Shown here: in pieces, positions 11,043-24,074 of the stretch
Position numbering within the stretch: position 1 is the first letter of the stretch
Layout of the letters: each line of letters begins with the position of its first letter
NCBI GenBank assembly: GCA_030264375.1
Contig: JASCQW010000133.1
Span: 19,526,192 to 19,590,191, forward strand
Direction: 5' to 3'
DNA from: Carcharhinus longimanus
Taxonomy: Eukaryota
Length of the DNA: 64,000 bases
Notes under the pieces: generated by a model
Databases searched by the model: none
Seen by the model: the letters and a program-made list of their open reading frames with translations, nothing else
Told to the model about the DNA's origin: nothing
Position numbers and translations under genes: made by a program

Positions 11043-14004
11043 GTAAGTGTTGAAAGAAGTTTTGAATGATCAACAGCTGTCCAAGTCAATTTTTATTGGA
11101 TTTGGACTTAACTGCCACATGTTATGAAATCTGTTTTTTCTGGGTAATTTGTGCCGATAATAAACTAGTTTGTGTTTTTACAAGAAAAACAATATTATAG
11201 AGGGATATGCATGCAAGAGCAAAATAAAAAGAAAGTGTCATTTTTGCTCTGTTTAGCAAATACATGGGGGGTTTGTGTTCTTTACAGTAAGATTGATTAT
11301 CCAGCCTTTTGGAGTAACATGATTGCATCCTTGTGACCCAACAAATAAATGGGATCAGTGTAGTCAGTGTAAATCCCTTTTAAATCAGGCAGATTCGTGA
11401 TTAAATGCTACATCCAATTTCCAAGCTGTTACATATTTCCTGAAATCTTTGACCATGCCACCTATCTCATTTTGCTTCTGTCCCTTTTTTAAAAAATTCT
11501 GCTATTTTCCCTTTCCCCACACTTCTTTGATGTCCCTGTTCTGTGTGCCTTCAGTTCTTTTACCATCATTTCCATACACAGCATCTCCCCAACATTGACA
11601 ATCTTCTTCCCACCCCGTCATACTTTCTGCAATCTATGTTCACTCTCCTCCACAATCTCTCTTCCCCCCCCTGCAGTCTTGTTCTCAAAATCACTCCTCA
11701 TTCTTGTGCACTGTTTTCCTAACCCTTAATCTACTTTCTTCTGTTTTTACCTCTTCTGATTCTTTCTGCCCAAAATTGCAGAAGCTAGTAGAAGTATTGG
11801 AGCATAAGCAAGCAGGCGAGTTAGAGAGAGTAACATCAAGTAATAAATAAGTTAAAACACATTATAGCTCCTCTTTGTGATGATTAACAGCAGTAACATC
11901 AGGACTTGGGTGAGTTAAGGGAGTACCGTCATTAACCAATTTGTCTGGAACATGGTGAGAAAAACTGTTTGCTGGTTTTGAGGTCTGAGAGTATGGTCAC
12001 AGAGTATGGTCATTTTCTAGTCTAGCCATTGAGCCTTCTGATCTTTCAAGATCAGTTGGCTAACTATTGATTACTACCTTCACACTCTTAGCCTCAGCAC
12101 AAATAAGTGAACATTATTAAGAAAATTACTTCCCTTTACAAATACTCCAAAAAGAAACTAAACTTCCAGTTCAGGTATTGTTACACTAACTGTGCTGTGA
12201 GCTGTTTTGCAGGAGCATAGTGCATTAAAACTGTTGTTGTTGTCGTTGTCCTATCAGCAACATGATATTGTACCTCAGATAAGACATTGGGACTTAAGGA
12301 TGGTGGAAAGTAGTTAAGCCTGCTAAGAAATCTGGTGGTACTGCTTTGTTAATTTTATAATTCCTGTCAAAAAGTCAGGATTGCCTGCAGGTTTTTGAGG
12401 CAAGCAATTTTGGTTAAAAGCACTCACCTACACTGATCAATGATTCTACGCAGGAGGGACCAGTTAAGAGGTGCTCCATGGCGTGGGTAAAATTGAGAAA
12501 TAGTAGAATTTGTGCATTAGATTGCACATTTCTACTCTACAGAATTCTGCAAATACTGTAACTTGGCTGCACATTCTTACTAATGCAGAGAGAACTTGAA
12601 AGAGTTAAGGGTTATGACTGGTGGAGAACTTTGTTTCAATAATGTAACTGGAAAAATGTTTGCATTAGGGACTAGTCTGTTGGGTTTAATCCAAGCAGAG
12701 GATATGTATTGCTCTGTTAAATGAATGTACAGACTAGAAGTGTTTTAACTTTCTGAATTCTACTTTATAGCTTACAGAGCAAAGAGATTTAGCTTTTCTG
12801 TTTTGTTTTTGGTTTCCTGTATAGAATATTTATCAAAATACCTCTTGTGAAATAACAGTAAGTATGATTTATTTAAGTAACTCTAGCATCATTGATGAAA
12901 TTGTTATAGCATAATGCTGACAGTGCATTGCAGCATTGCACACCTTCATGCACGATTGAGTTAAATTGTGATTTTTAACCAAACATTGCATAGTAATGAT
13001 AATAGAATTTCCTGAAGCAGTGTTGTAACTAAGCCTTATTATTGTATTGATAGCAATGTACTGTAGGAATAAGTCCAACTTAACTCACTGTTTGATTCTT
13101 GTAATTACTCATTCTAACTGATATTCCATTAATGACGAGCATGATTACTTCATCCTACTGTTATACAACTGTGTTCTCCAGAGAAACAATTCAAGTTTGG
13201 GACAGCAAAATCTACACATTATATTGCTGCATGAATTAAACATTTCAAATGGACATATCGAAATATTGGTGCCCATTATTATGCTTTACTGGAACCCTAA
13301 AAACACTGCTGAGGGATTTGCAACCTTTTATCATACTAATTAAGACTATCACTGTTATAATGCAGTTCAGAGCAAGATTATGCTACAAACTAATATGTTT
13401 TCAATTAAAACTGACTTCCTAACTAAATTGATTTATGCCAGTAATTATATATCTTAATTGAGTGAGTGGCTATAATTGAAAATGTATTAAACTTGTTTCA
13501 AAATTCTCTTACACTTTATATTTGTTCCATCGATGCCAGATGTTCCTTTATCAGCTGCATTAAGCTGAACGCATGGACAGTCCAAACCATGGAATCAGTT
13601 GCTTGTTTTTTTTGCACTGCCTGTCTCAGCACTCTTGAATTAATGATGCATGTTCCATATGGCTATTTTGCTGCTCTTGGATAGGCTTTTGATAAGTGAG
13701 AATATGTTTTGTTATCTAGGAGGAGAATTAAATAGAGGCTCATTTAAATACTAAAACTATGTTGTAATATGAAACATGAAAGGGACATTCCCATGTTTTC
13801 CCAACTTCATTACTCTATCTTTTTTAAAATTCATCTTCCCTCGTTAAAATGGTGAAGCATTCTGGAGTTGGGTTACATGAGAACCAGCAACTGTGGGATC
13901 TTTTCCAAGTGGTTCAGGAGATCCATTTGTGCTGCATATTTGTGAGACTAGTGATCATTGTTGAGCAGTTTAACTGTAGGGAACAATCCTGACCTTGTCC
14001 TCCA

Positions 14005-14326
14005 TCTCGGCCTTTTGACCAAGATCAAGCGTAGACTCAAGTGTGAGATCAGGTGCAATGCCTGTTTTTGTCAGCCTCAATTGAGTATGTCCCTTTTATN
14101 NNNNNNNNNNNNNNNNNNNNNNNNNNNNNNNNNNNNNNNNNNNNNNNNNNNNNNNNNNNNNNNNNNNNNNNNNNNNNNNNNNNNNNNNNNNNNNNNNNNG
14201 TCAGCCTCAATTGAGTATGTCCCTTTTATCAGGACCATAAATTGGATTCAGTTTAAAGTGGCTTCTAGGCAAGGAAGGAGATGGATTAGTGGCTTGCTCC
14301 ATCCACTCTTCACAATGGCTTTGTAA
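14005..14326 (+). pseudogene. U2 snRNA-derived element (diverged, with internal insertions; spans a 100-N gap)
   Basis: tctcggccttttgaccaagatcaagcgtag resembles U2 TCTCGGCCTTTTGGCTAAGATCAAGTGTAG. cctgtttttgtcag resembles TCTGTTCTTATCAG. ggagatggattagtggcttgctccatccactc resembles GGAGATGGAATAGGAGCTTGCTCCGTCCACTC. The blocks are collinear with U2. Confidence 0.8.
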
Positions 14327-14879
14327 ATGAGAAAGGTATAAAGTTTTTTAAAAAACTACTGTCGTCATAAAATGATCCATGCACTTCGCAGCAGCCTCTG
14401 GATAACAGGCAGATGCTAGAATACTGGCTTATTGTAACCCTCTCCAGCCCTCCCAACTTGCTTCCCATCCTCCAAAAAAGTGTTTGGACATTGCCATTTG
14501 TTATGCCCCTGCTGGCACTGAGACTAAGATGAACTATTTCAATACACACAGGATCAAATCTGGAATCTTCCAGTCTGTCTGAATCAGTATTGTTACTCAA
14601 CACATTTAAGATTTTTGGCAAAAAGAAGCATACTCATTTTGTTCATTCATTTAGTTTAGGTTATTGTCTTATCGATTCTTCACCTTCATACATTTCATCA
14701 TGCAGCCTAGAAGTGAAATCCTCAACTTCTCCACTGTGTTTCCAATATCTCATTCCTCAGAAACAAGGATTATTACATACCTCTGGATTCGTGATGTTTT
14801 ATTAAATGCTAATAAATTTGAATCTTAAGGTGGAAAATTTGAATTTTACAGCTGGAAACATTACAGTTTATCTATATGG

Positions 14880-15790
14880 ATGTGGTTTAGTCATAGCCCA
14901 CAAGTGATAAGGTTGCAGCTGAAACCCTTCTCCAAATATGAGAGTACATAATCTAGGCCAGTGGTTTCTGACCTCTTATTTAATGACACACCTCTATATA
15001 AAAAAAAAAGGCTGAGGCACACCTCATTTCTTCTCTGAACTGCCCTCTAGAAAAAGTATTTTTGGGGCGATTGAGCCTGCACTCTCCTGGGCCCACTTTA
15101 TTTTCTGTTCCTTGCAACACAATCTCGAATTCAAAGCTTTTTTTCCTTAATTTGGGTTCTGTTTCACACCCCTTGCTGGGAACTTTGTTTTTAACTTTAC
15201 CATGTCCTGTGCTTTTTTTAAATCTCCCTCCATCTGTCTCACTTCTCCCAGGGTCTTTGCACCCTTTTAAGTTTTTCTTTTTGTGTGGGCTTATAGGATC
15301 TTTGTTTTAAGCTCCAAGTTTCATCAGTTGGCACGGGCCTAACCAAAGTAAAAAAAAATCTAAACCGTGGGTACACGGTTCTTTCCCAGCCACGTTTGCG
15401 TAGGAAGCCTGAAGTTCATCGGACCTTGGAGGTGCTGACCATAGAGGTGAAGGCTAAGGTTAGTTTTAGTTCAATTAAATGAATTTTAATCATTTTGAAT
15501 CTTTTTTTGTGGCACACTAGGGTCTCCATGGCACATCAGTTGATAACCACTGATCTAGGCTGACACTTCAGTGCAGTACTAAATGAGTACTGTCGTGGTA
15601 CACGTGCAGTGTTTCCAATGAGATGTTAACTAAGGATCTGTCTGCACTCTGGATACACAGATTAATTTTCCAGTTGCTCTGACCTTTGACCAGTGTCGCC
15701 AAAAAACATTTATCTCATTGCTTTTTGAGGGAACTTTGAAATACCTCGGGTTTGTGAAAGGTTCAAGTTTTTTTTTCCCCTGTATTGCTT
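14880..15790 (+). mobile_element. DeuSINE-like element interrupted by hAT MITE
   Basis: Removing 14959-15560 reconstitutes gagtacataatctaggc-tgacacttcagtgcagtact...atgagatgttaac, a Deu-domain-like core. Confidence 0.7.
14959..15552. mobile_element. Non-autonomous hAT (Charlie-like) DNA transposon, 594 bp
   Basis: Termini cagtggtttctgac ... gttgataaccactg form imperfect TIRs. A perfect 8-bp TSD atctaggc lies at 14951-14958 and 15553-15560. Confidence 0.88.
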
Positions 15791-16595
15791 TCAGAAGGAA
15801 TTTTGTAGGACCTGCTCAGATCCTAGACATTATCAATGATCTGTTAACAGTAGCTTTGTCATTGTTTATAGTTAACAATCTACTTGACCACTCTGTTCCT
15901 TGAATAATATTTTGTCTGGTTCATTCTCACGATGCTCCATGTCTTTGAAGGGAAAGGGTTAATGGAAGAAAATGAGCATGCTTCTTAGCCAAACACACAG
16001 GCTCACTTGTGTCCAGAAAACCACTTTGCTGCTTGCATAAATCAGTTGTTGAGCAACCAGGTTGTAACTAGGAAAACCATCTTTGCCTTTTATGGTAGGA
16101 CTGATTTGCTTTGTCTTTGGGGAGGCACAAACTCCACTTTATCCACAGAACCTGCTTTTTGAAGAATGCATTATCTCTGGAATTATTCACACTTAGTTAA
16201 ACAGAATCTGAATTGACTTTCTTTGCCTTGCCTAATAGGGAGCAATATGGTCAACAGTTTTACACAATCTACTGGTGTGATAGACGTTCCACTGAAAATG
16301 GCAACATTGCATTAAATAATTCATAACCAAAACGTAAATTACTTTGAGTGAATGAGTCAAAATAAAATCGTGCCTCACAAGAAAAGCAGCAGTATATGAG
16401 ATCTGATAGAACTGGTTATGTCCAGAATATGGTAAGGTTCCAGCATTTAGCAGTTGCTGGATGTACAAGCCCTGGTCAGGTGAACTGTTATGCTTCAAAT
16501 GGGGTCAGCATTATCTTTGAAACAGGCTTAATTGACAACTTGATGCTTAGAGACTTAATCTTGAATAAAAGTGTCAGATGTTGACTAATTCAACA

Positions 16596-17915
16596 GTGCT
16601 GCCAAGTAACTGCAGCAACTTTGGTTATCAAATGGCACATACTCAACAATAACTTGCTCACTGAGGTTCAGTCTGGGTTCCACCAAAACTGTTCAGCTCC
16701 NNNNNNNNNNAACGTCAGCACAGTTGATCGAAACATGGGTAAAAGAGTTGAACTCCAGAGATGAGGTGAGAGTGACATCAAGGCAGCATTTGACATGAAT
16801 ATGGCACCAAGGAGTCCTAGCAAAACTGATGTCAGCAGAAATCCGGGAAAAGCCTTCACTGATTGGCGTTGTACCTAACTCACAAGAAAATGGTTGTTGT
16901 CAATCTCTGTCCCAGGACGTTACTGCAGGATTTTGTTTAAGGGTAACATCCTCGATCCAACCATCTTCAGCTGCTTCATCAATGACCTCCTTTCCATTAT
17001 AAGGTCAGATCTATGTGTGACCATTAGCGAAAAATGTTCAGCACCATTTGCAATCCTTCCAGTATTGAAGTAACCTACGTAATTGACCACTTGATTTAAA
17101 CAAATTGACAATTGTTCAGATGCAGCAACAGTTGGACAGTATTTGAGCTTAGGTTGATAAGCGAGCAAACCACACCAGTACCAGACAATGATCGTCTCCA
17201 ACAAGCGAAAATCTAACCCTCTCCCCTTCACATTCAGTGGCATCACCACCACTGAACTTCCCATTATCAACATGCTGGGTGTTATCATTAACTAGACATT
17301 TGAACTGAATCAGCCATTTAAATACTGTGGCTACAAAAGCCATTCAGAGACTGGCAACTCTATGGCGAGAAAGTCTCCCCATGACTCTCCAAAAATGTGT
17401 CTACCAATTGTAAAATACAAGTCAACAGTGTGATGAAATACTTACTCTCCCCTTGCCAGCGTGAGTGCCACTCTAATGACACTGCAGAAGCTCAATACCA
17501 TCAAGGACAAAGCAACCCAGTTTGGCACCCATCCACTCTCTCCACCACCAATGCACAATGACAAAAGTGTGCACCATCTCAAAGATGCACCACAGCAACT
17601 TGCCAAGGATCTTTCGACAGCATCTTCCAAGCCCCTGACCTTGATTGTCTTGAAAGACAAGGGCAGCAGTTGCATGGGAACAGCTTCACTTAATCCTCTC
17701 CAAGCCACACAGCATCCTGATTTAGGAATATATCTTCACTGGGTGAAAATCCTTGAACTCCATCCCTCACAATACTGAATGTACCTACATCTCATGGACT
17801 ACAGTAGTTCAAAATGGCAGCTCATCACCACCACCACCACCACCACCACCTCGGAAGGGCAATTAGGAATGACAGTAAAAATGTTGGCCACTAAATCTTG
17901 GCCTAGCCAGCCATA
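16596..17915 (+). mobile_element. Decayed CR1/L2-group LINE 3' portion
   Basis: Remnant motifs QSGF, gacatcaaggcagcatttgac (DIKAAFD) and ttcagctgcttcatcaatgac (FSCFIND). Tail ctcatcaccacc...gggcaattaggaatg. Confidence 0.75.
17826..17850 (+). repeat. (CAC)8 microsatellite expanded within LINE tail
   Basis: caccaccaccaccaccaccaccacc. The related tail at about 20750 has only ctcaccaccacc. Confidence 0.85.
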
Positions 17916-19299
17916 CCAATGTCTCAGTTGTTTTTTTCAATTCTCAGTGATTTGCAAAGGGATTATTAGAATTTGAAACCATTTGTTATTTTAGTCTTAA
18001 AAACTGTTAGTAGTATCTGAGCTAAATGTTTGTAGCTGACTTAACGTGTTCTTTCACATAGTTAACAGTATTTGCTTGAGCCTGAAATATTTGGCCTCAT
18101 GGTTTGGTGTTTTTCTGACTATTTGGGAGAATAGGAGTTTAAAGGTAGTTTGATACTATTTTCAGTTTAGCACGACAGTAAAAAGAATAATTTATAGCTT
18201 TGAGCATTCACCGATGAAGTAAATTACTTTGCAGCTCGTGAAAGGTATAGTCCGACTAAGAGAAACGGACTATTAAACAAACACTTGGGCGAATAACGAC
18301 GCTTGGCTGAAACAATGTTCTGGATATTACATACGCCTTTAATGAAACCAAAATCTGGTTTTCTTCCTTTGTTCTTCAGATAACTTTGTTTAGAGAAGCT
18401 TTTGGATCACAAGATTCAATTGTGACATCACTTTGATAACCACAAAGGAAATAGGACACTAGTGGTTTTTGCCAGCTGAACGTTTATTTCAGCACAGTGG
18501 ATTTGTTGTGTTGGAAAACAATTGTGCTACCAACTTTGTTCAGTCACTTTTCAATGTTATTAAGTGGTTTATGTGAATGGAGCTTCCTGAAGAATTTAGT
18601 GGAAGTTAATTACCATTTTAGTTATAACTGTTTATAACACCAAATGGATCTGATATTTCAGTTTGTTTAATTTACCAAAATGGAAGTTGTGCTTATTTTT
18701 GAAATAGTTGTCTTCACCTTTGAAGAAGCAATTAGCCATAAAAGAACACGAACAGTTAATTTGAAGAACATGTATTTATTCCTTCTACGAAGTAACAAAG
18801 TGCCTAATTCTGTAAGGTTGTCGCCTTCATTGAGTATTATGGATAGAATCCTAAAAATTACCAGTGTATGGAACTTTGTTATTATGTTTATGACCTCGCC
18901 ATCAATCTGTAGTTATGTGCAATCACAGTCCATTTACGAAGTGACCTAAGACATAATATACATGCAACGTATTTTAGATTCTATTAAATCTCTCCAAGTT
19001 TGCAAATATTCCTGGATCACTTGAAGTCAAGAACATAGTACACTTCTAATAACCTACTTGATTTGTTCTGATCCATCTCTATATCAGACAAGTAGTTTTG
19101 TTCTCCATTCATATGCATGCAATATAAATTGAGCCACTTTAGCACAGCTGAATTTCGCTGCCCATAATCTTTTAAGTGCAATTCCCCCTTGCACGTGCAT
19201 TTTTCTTGCTCCTGTTTAAGTATTTTGCCAGAATTATGTAGAGGTTGTGCACAAGATATTTGTGTGTGTCAGCAAAATGTATGAACTGCATCAGCAGCG

Positions 19300-20041
19300 C
19301 AGGTACAATCCGACAATTCAAAATTCGGAATTGTCTGAAAACCATTTTTCTTTCAGGATATCTGAGTGCAGCTTCCTGGCTAAAGTAAATGTGGAAATGA
19401 AGTAGCCATTCTTGGGCTGATCCCAGAGGGTGAAATCAGCGATTTGTTGTGCACACACAGGATCTTAGCACAGTTGGTAAAAGCAGAAAATAAATAAGCC
19501 TAAGTTCAATTCCTAATCTATATTAAATCACTTGATCTCTGAGGACATTGTTATAGGAATGATACAATTGGCCTCAGGACCTCTGACTATAGAACAGAAA
19601 TTCAACCAGAGTTCTGTGCCCTGGTATACATACGTTTGCATTTGCAGAGAGATTATTTTGAAGGATGAATGCTTCTATGATGAGAAACAAATATGAGTGA
19701 TTTTGATGTCAGAAGAAAACAAAGGATAGTTTTTATAAAAGAAATGCAAGTCCTTTCCTGAGTCTGTACAATGAACTACCTGACAGTCTTTGCAGCACAT
19801 TTCTCCAAATCTCCAGGATTAATTAGACTGTTACAACTGGTGACAGTCTAGTGATTATAATTATGGTTACATTCTTTTAACATTTAACAGTAGCTTCCAT
19901 GTAAACAGTGCTCTGATGAACTTGGAGAGGGGCTCAATCCTACACATAAATTACCTATTCCACTTATGGGTAACCCAAAACCCTGGAAAATCTGGTGCGG
20001 CCTGGGTCCTGAGGGTACTAGATTTTGGACATGGATCTGTA
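19300..20041. mobile_element. Possible old Tc1/mariner (Tigger-like) non-autonomous element with a nested ancient SINE (about 19460-19640)
   Basis: Ends caggtacaatccga... and ...ttttggacatggatctgta are weakly inverted, with a TA at the right end. Very degenerate. Confidence 0.3.
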
Positions 20042-20689
20042 ATGTTAAGTTAAAGGAGTGAGCAATTCATGGCTTAATTCTTTGCACGTCAGAGTATTTA
20101 GTTGTTTTACAGTATATTTGCATGCTTAATTAGATTTCAATTATATAAATGTACAAGCAGTTTCCTATGTGCATTTTATACTGCATGATGTTGAAGTGTT
20201 GTACCATTTCTTGTTTGACATTTTCATAATTTTGACATTCAAATGTCTAGTTTGAAAAGTCTTGACTTGCACACACTATAAAAATAATTGAGACTACATT
20301 TTGTGCAGTAATATGATTATTTATCAAAAAGTCTAAAGAAAGCTTTGCTTTTTATGATACAAGCAAGTGCAAACTAACTTCTGGTAGCCAGTAGCTACTT
20401 GAAAGAAGTTCACGTTGATGTAACAGAAATAGCAGTAACGTGGTAAACAATGTTTTAACACAAATAATTAGAGAAGATGGCACCTTGTGTCCTCAACGAA
20501 GGTGGATGATTGATTTTTGTAATGTGCTTGTCCATCATATGACCAGACTTGTATTTAAGATGCTTACCTAAATACTATTGGCACCTTGGCTTAGTTATTC
20601 AAGTTCTGGGTCTAAAACTATACTTGTATTTGATTAACTACTGAATATCATCATGATAGTTGTCACATATGTGGCTTAATATCTTGCGA

Positions 20690-20800
20690 TCCCTCCCTAA
20701 CAGCAGTGTGGCTGCATTTACACCACGTGGACTGCAGTAGTTCAAGGTAACTCACCACCACCTTCTCAAGGGCAATTNNNNNNNNNNATAAATGCCCGCA
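20690..20800 (+). mobile_element. 3' tail fragment of the LINE family at 16596-17915
   Basis: ggactgcagtagttcaagg...ctcaccaccaccttctcaagggcaatt. Confidence 0.65.
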
Positions 20801-21729
20801 TTCTATGAAGAAAGAATAAAAAAAATCCTCCCAATGACAAAAGCAATTATATGAAAATGCTGCAAGGTAGCATAGATTTCCCAAACACCAAAGATTTATT
20901 TTTTGGATCCTGCCCTTTTTAAAATTCAAGTGTTCTTGTATGTGACAACTTTATGACTGGAAGTATTTCTAAAAGAGCTACGTGCCGCTGTTAACTTGGA
21001 GGGCAATCTGGTTTGTAACTTAACATGCTGTAATTGTGTTAACATGATTGCAAACTAGGAAACCTGCATTTTTTAATTTGCTGCTAGGAAATTTAAGAAA
21101 TCTAAAATATACTAGTGTCATGTGTTTATATATTTTGATTAGAGGTTTTAATATTGCATTGGTATTGCTAAATATCTATGTTCAAATTAGTTTCATATAA
21201 TTCTTGTTTCACTTCTGCTCCTGGACTACTACTATTATAAGGTGAGTTTCATCTCGACTGTGACAATTTTGTCAATCATAGAAGTTGCAGTTTAATAGCA
21301 CACAAACCTTTTTGGTTCATCAGGATTAATAAGTAATAGAATAAAATTTATGTCACACTAATGTATAACAGCCAATATTCTTTAAATCTGTTTTGTAGAG
21401 TGGGGTAATAAGCTTGGTAATCACATTAAGGACCCTTAAGTTTTGTCACTTGAAATACACTGTTGTGTGGGACCCTGTAAACTCAAGTAGAATAAAAAGC
21501 ATTATTGGTCTAAAGTTGTGTTGAAACTTCCCTAATTTGGAGAAATAACATCATAATGGAATCCCACCTGGCATATATTCAAAATGGTTATTAGCAAGTA
21601 ATACCTGTTTATAAAGAAGTAGTAAACCAGGTTTGGGATTCATCTGGTGATGTTGAATTTTACCACAGAAATACAGGGAATGGAGCCTTTTGTTCTAGAA
21701 TTCTGTAATATGATAGAGTTTGAAAGTAA

Positions 21730-23465
21730 TTTGGTTAATTTTGAAACTGGGCTCTTAAATCTAAACAAAGCAAATTATGTAGATCCAAGGAGTAAATGAG
21801 TTTAAATGAATTGTGGAACTACATTAAAAGAGGTAACGGTAGACGAGCAATGGCTAGCATTTAAAGAATTAGTACATAATTTACATGGCACAAAATCTCA
21901 AATAAAAAGGTTTCAACCATGGTTAGTGAGGAGTTCAAAATAGTATTAGATCAAAGCAAGAGAATTATATCATTGCCAGAGAGAAAAAAGGTCTGAAGAT
22001 TGGGAGGATTTTAGAATTCAGCAAAGGAGGACCAAGAAATTGATGAAAGAGAATGAGAGTAGACAAGCAAGAGATGTAGAAACATTTGTTTAGAAATAGG
22101 AAGAGGCTAGAGAAAGTAAATGCACCCATTAGAGACAAGGACACAAAATTATAATAGGGAGTGAGAAAAGATCAGAGACATCAAATAGATACTTGATCTA
22201 CTTTTCACGCAGATTAAAAAAATCCTGGAAATGATGAGGATCCAAAGGTCTAGTTTAAAAAAAAGGAACTTTAAGAAATCAATTTATGTCAAGGAATATT
22301 ACTTGAAAAATTAATGGGACTAAGTGGTGATAAATTCCTCAGCAGACAATCTGCATCCTAGGATTTTAAAAGAGAGATTTGTAGTGGAAGTGGATGTATT
22401 GGATTTGAACTTTCAGAATTTCTTAGATTCTGGAATAGTTCCCAAAGATTGGAAAGTAACAGACATTACTCCTGTTAAAGAAAGAAGACAGCAAATAGAA
22501 AATATAGGCTAGTTAGGTAAAATTGTTGAATTTATTGTTCGGAATATGGTAACATTTTGAATGTAGTGTATTTGGATTTTCTGAAGTATTTGATAAGGTG
22601 CTACACTAGAGGATATTGCATAAAATTAGGATTTGTGGGATTGGGGCAATGATGGATTGAGGACTTGAAAACCAAATAGAAATAAACAGTACATTTTTGT
22701 ACTGGAACGGGGTAACTAGTGGGATACTGCATGGACCAGTACTTGGACCCAAGATGAGGGACTGTGTATAAAAGCTACTCATTAATATTAATTATAATGT
22801 CCATATTTGCTGATAATACTAAATTTAGTTGGGAAAAGTAAGTGACAAGGAGGATGCAAAGAGACAGCAGAGGGATATAGATAGATTGAGCAGAACATGT
22901 GAATTCGATTACCGTGTGGTGCAGTGTGAAGTCATCCATTTGATGGGAAAAATAAGGAAGCAAAATACTTTTGAATGAGAGACTAGGAAATATTTGCATT
23001 CAGAGAGATCTGGCTGTCCTTGTATGTGAATCACTGGACATGTTATAGCAAGTAATTAGGAAGGCAAATGGTGTGTTAGCACTTGTTGCAAAGGGATTGG
23101 AGTATAATTGTAAACAAATCTCTACAATTATACAGGGCATTGTGAGACCACATCTGGGGTAATGCGTGCAGTATTGGTCTCCTTAGCAAAGGAAGGACTT
23201 GCTCGCCTTAGTGTGATATAGGTTCAGTAGATTGTTACCTGGATGAGAGAGTTTTCAATTTCAAGTGATTAGACTAGGAATTTAGAAGAATGAGAGGTGA
23301 TCTAATTGAAACATTAAAAATTCTTAAGGATCCTGACAAGTTGGATGTTAAGAAAATATATTTAGATGCTGAATTAAATAGGGGATATGGGGATAGTGCA
23401 GGAAGGTATAATTAAGATAGAAGATTTACTGTGATCTTGTTGAATAATCTATTACTTATATCCTT
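21730..23465 (+). mobile_element. Decayed CR1-clade LINE (ORF2 3' half and tail)
   Basis: Remnants LHPRILKE, FQNFLDSGIVPKDWKVTDITP, tccatatttgctgataatactaaa (SIFADNTK) and RPHLG. Many stops and frameshifts. Confidence 0.85.
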
Positions 23466-24074
23466 CTGATACCAGTGGTGGCTCTATGGTAGAGAAAATC
23501 AGGACTTAAAACACTGCCCCACCTCTTCTCATTACCTTCATCTGCTTCAAATATTTATTTTTTTCTTTAAAGATGCAATATTATCTGCTTCTACTATTCC
23601 TGTGACAAAACGGTCTTCCACAACTCTGAAGAAATTCCTGCTAATCTCACGGTTCATGTTTTTACTGGTTTTAAATTGATAATCTTTGCACCTGCGGTTA
23701 ATTTGTGTGCTCTTAACTTGATTAGATCCCTGACTTGTAATTCAGGAAACTAATTATCAGATACTTTAACCTTGTAAAAGCTGTTTCAGGATTGAACAAG
23801 CGTGCACATTTCTAACAAGCAAGTTAATTACATTACAAATAATAACTAGGCTGACTTTCCATAACATTGAAGTAGAAACTTGCTATGAATTGTGGACCTT
23901 TTGAGATTATATATTTTATCCAATTTCAAAAAAGCTAGGTAATAGCTTTAAATAAGGCATGAACCTGTGAAGTATTTACTCTGAGCAAGTCTAATTTAAT
24001 TTTGTACTCTACTCTCTTTTTTATGATGCAATAGATATGTGAAATACTTTAAGCTTCAGTTTGTTCATGCATAA

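Noticed and set aside
11470-11770. Pyrimidine-rich tract
   Set aside because: Low complexity without periodicity or exon association.
14005-14326. Functional canonical U2 snRNA gene
   Set aside because: The 5' end is missing, the branch-recognition and Sm motifs are altered, there are internal insertions, and no PSE is recognisable upstream.
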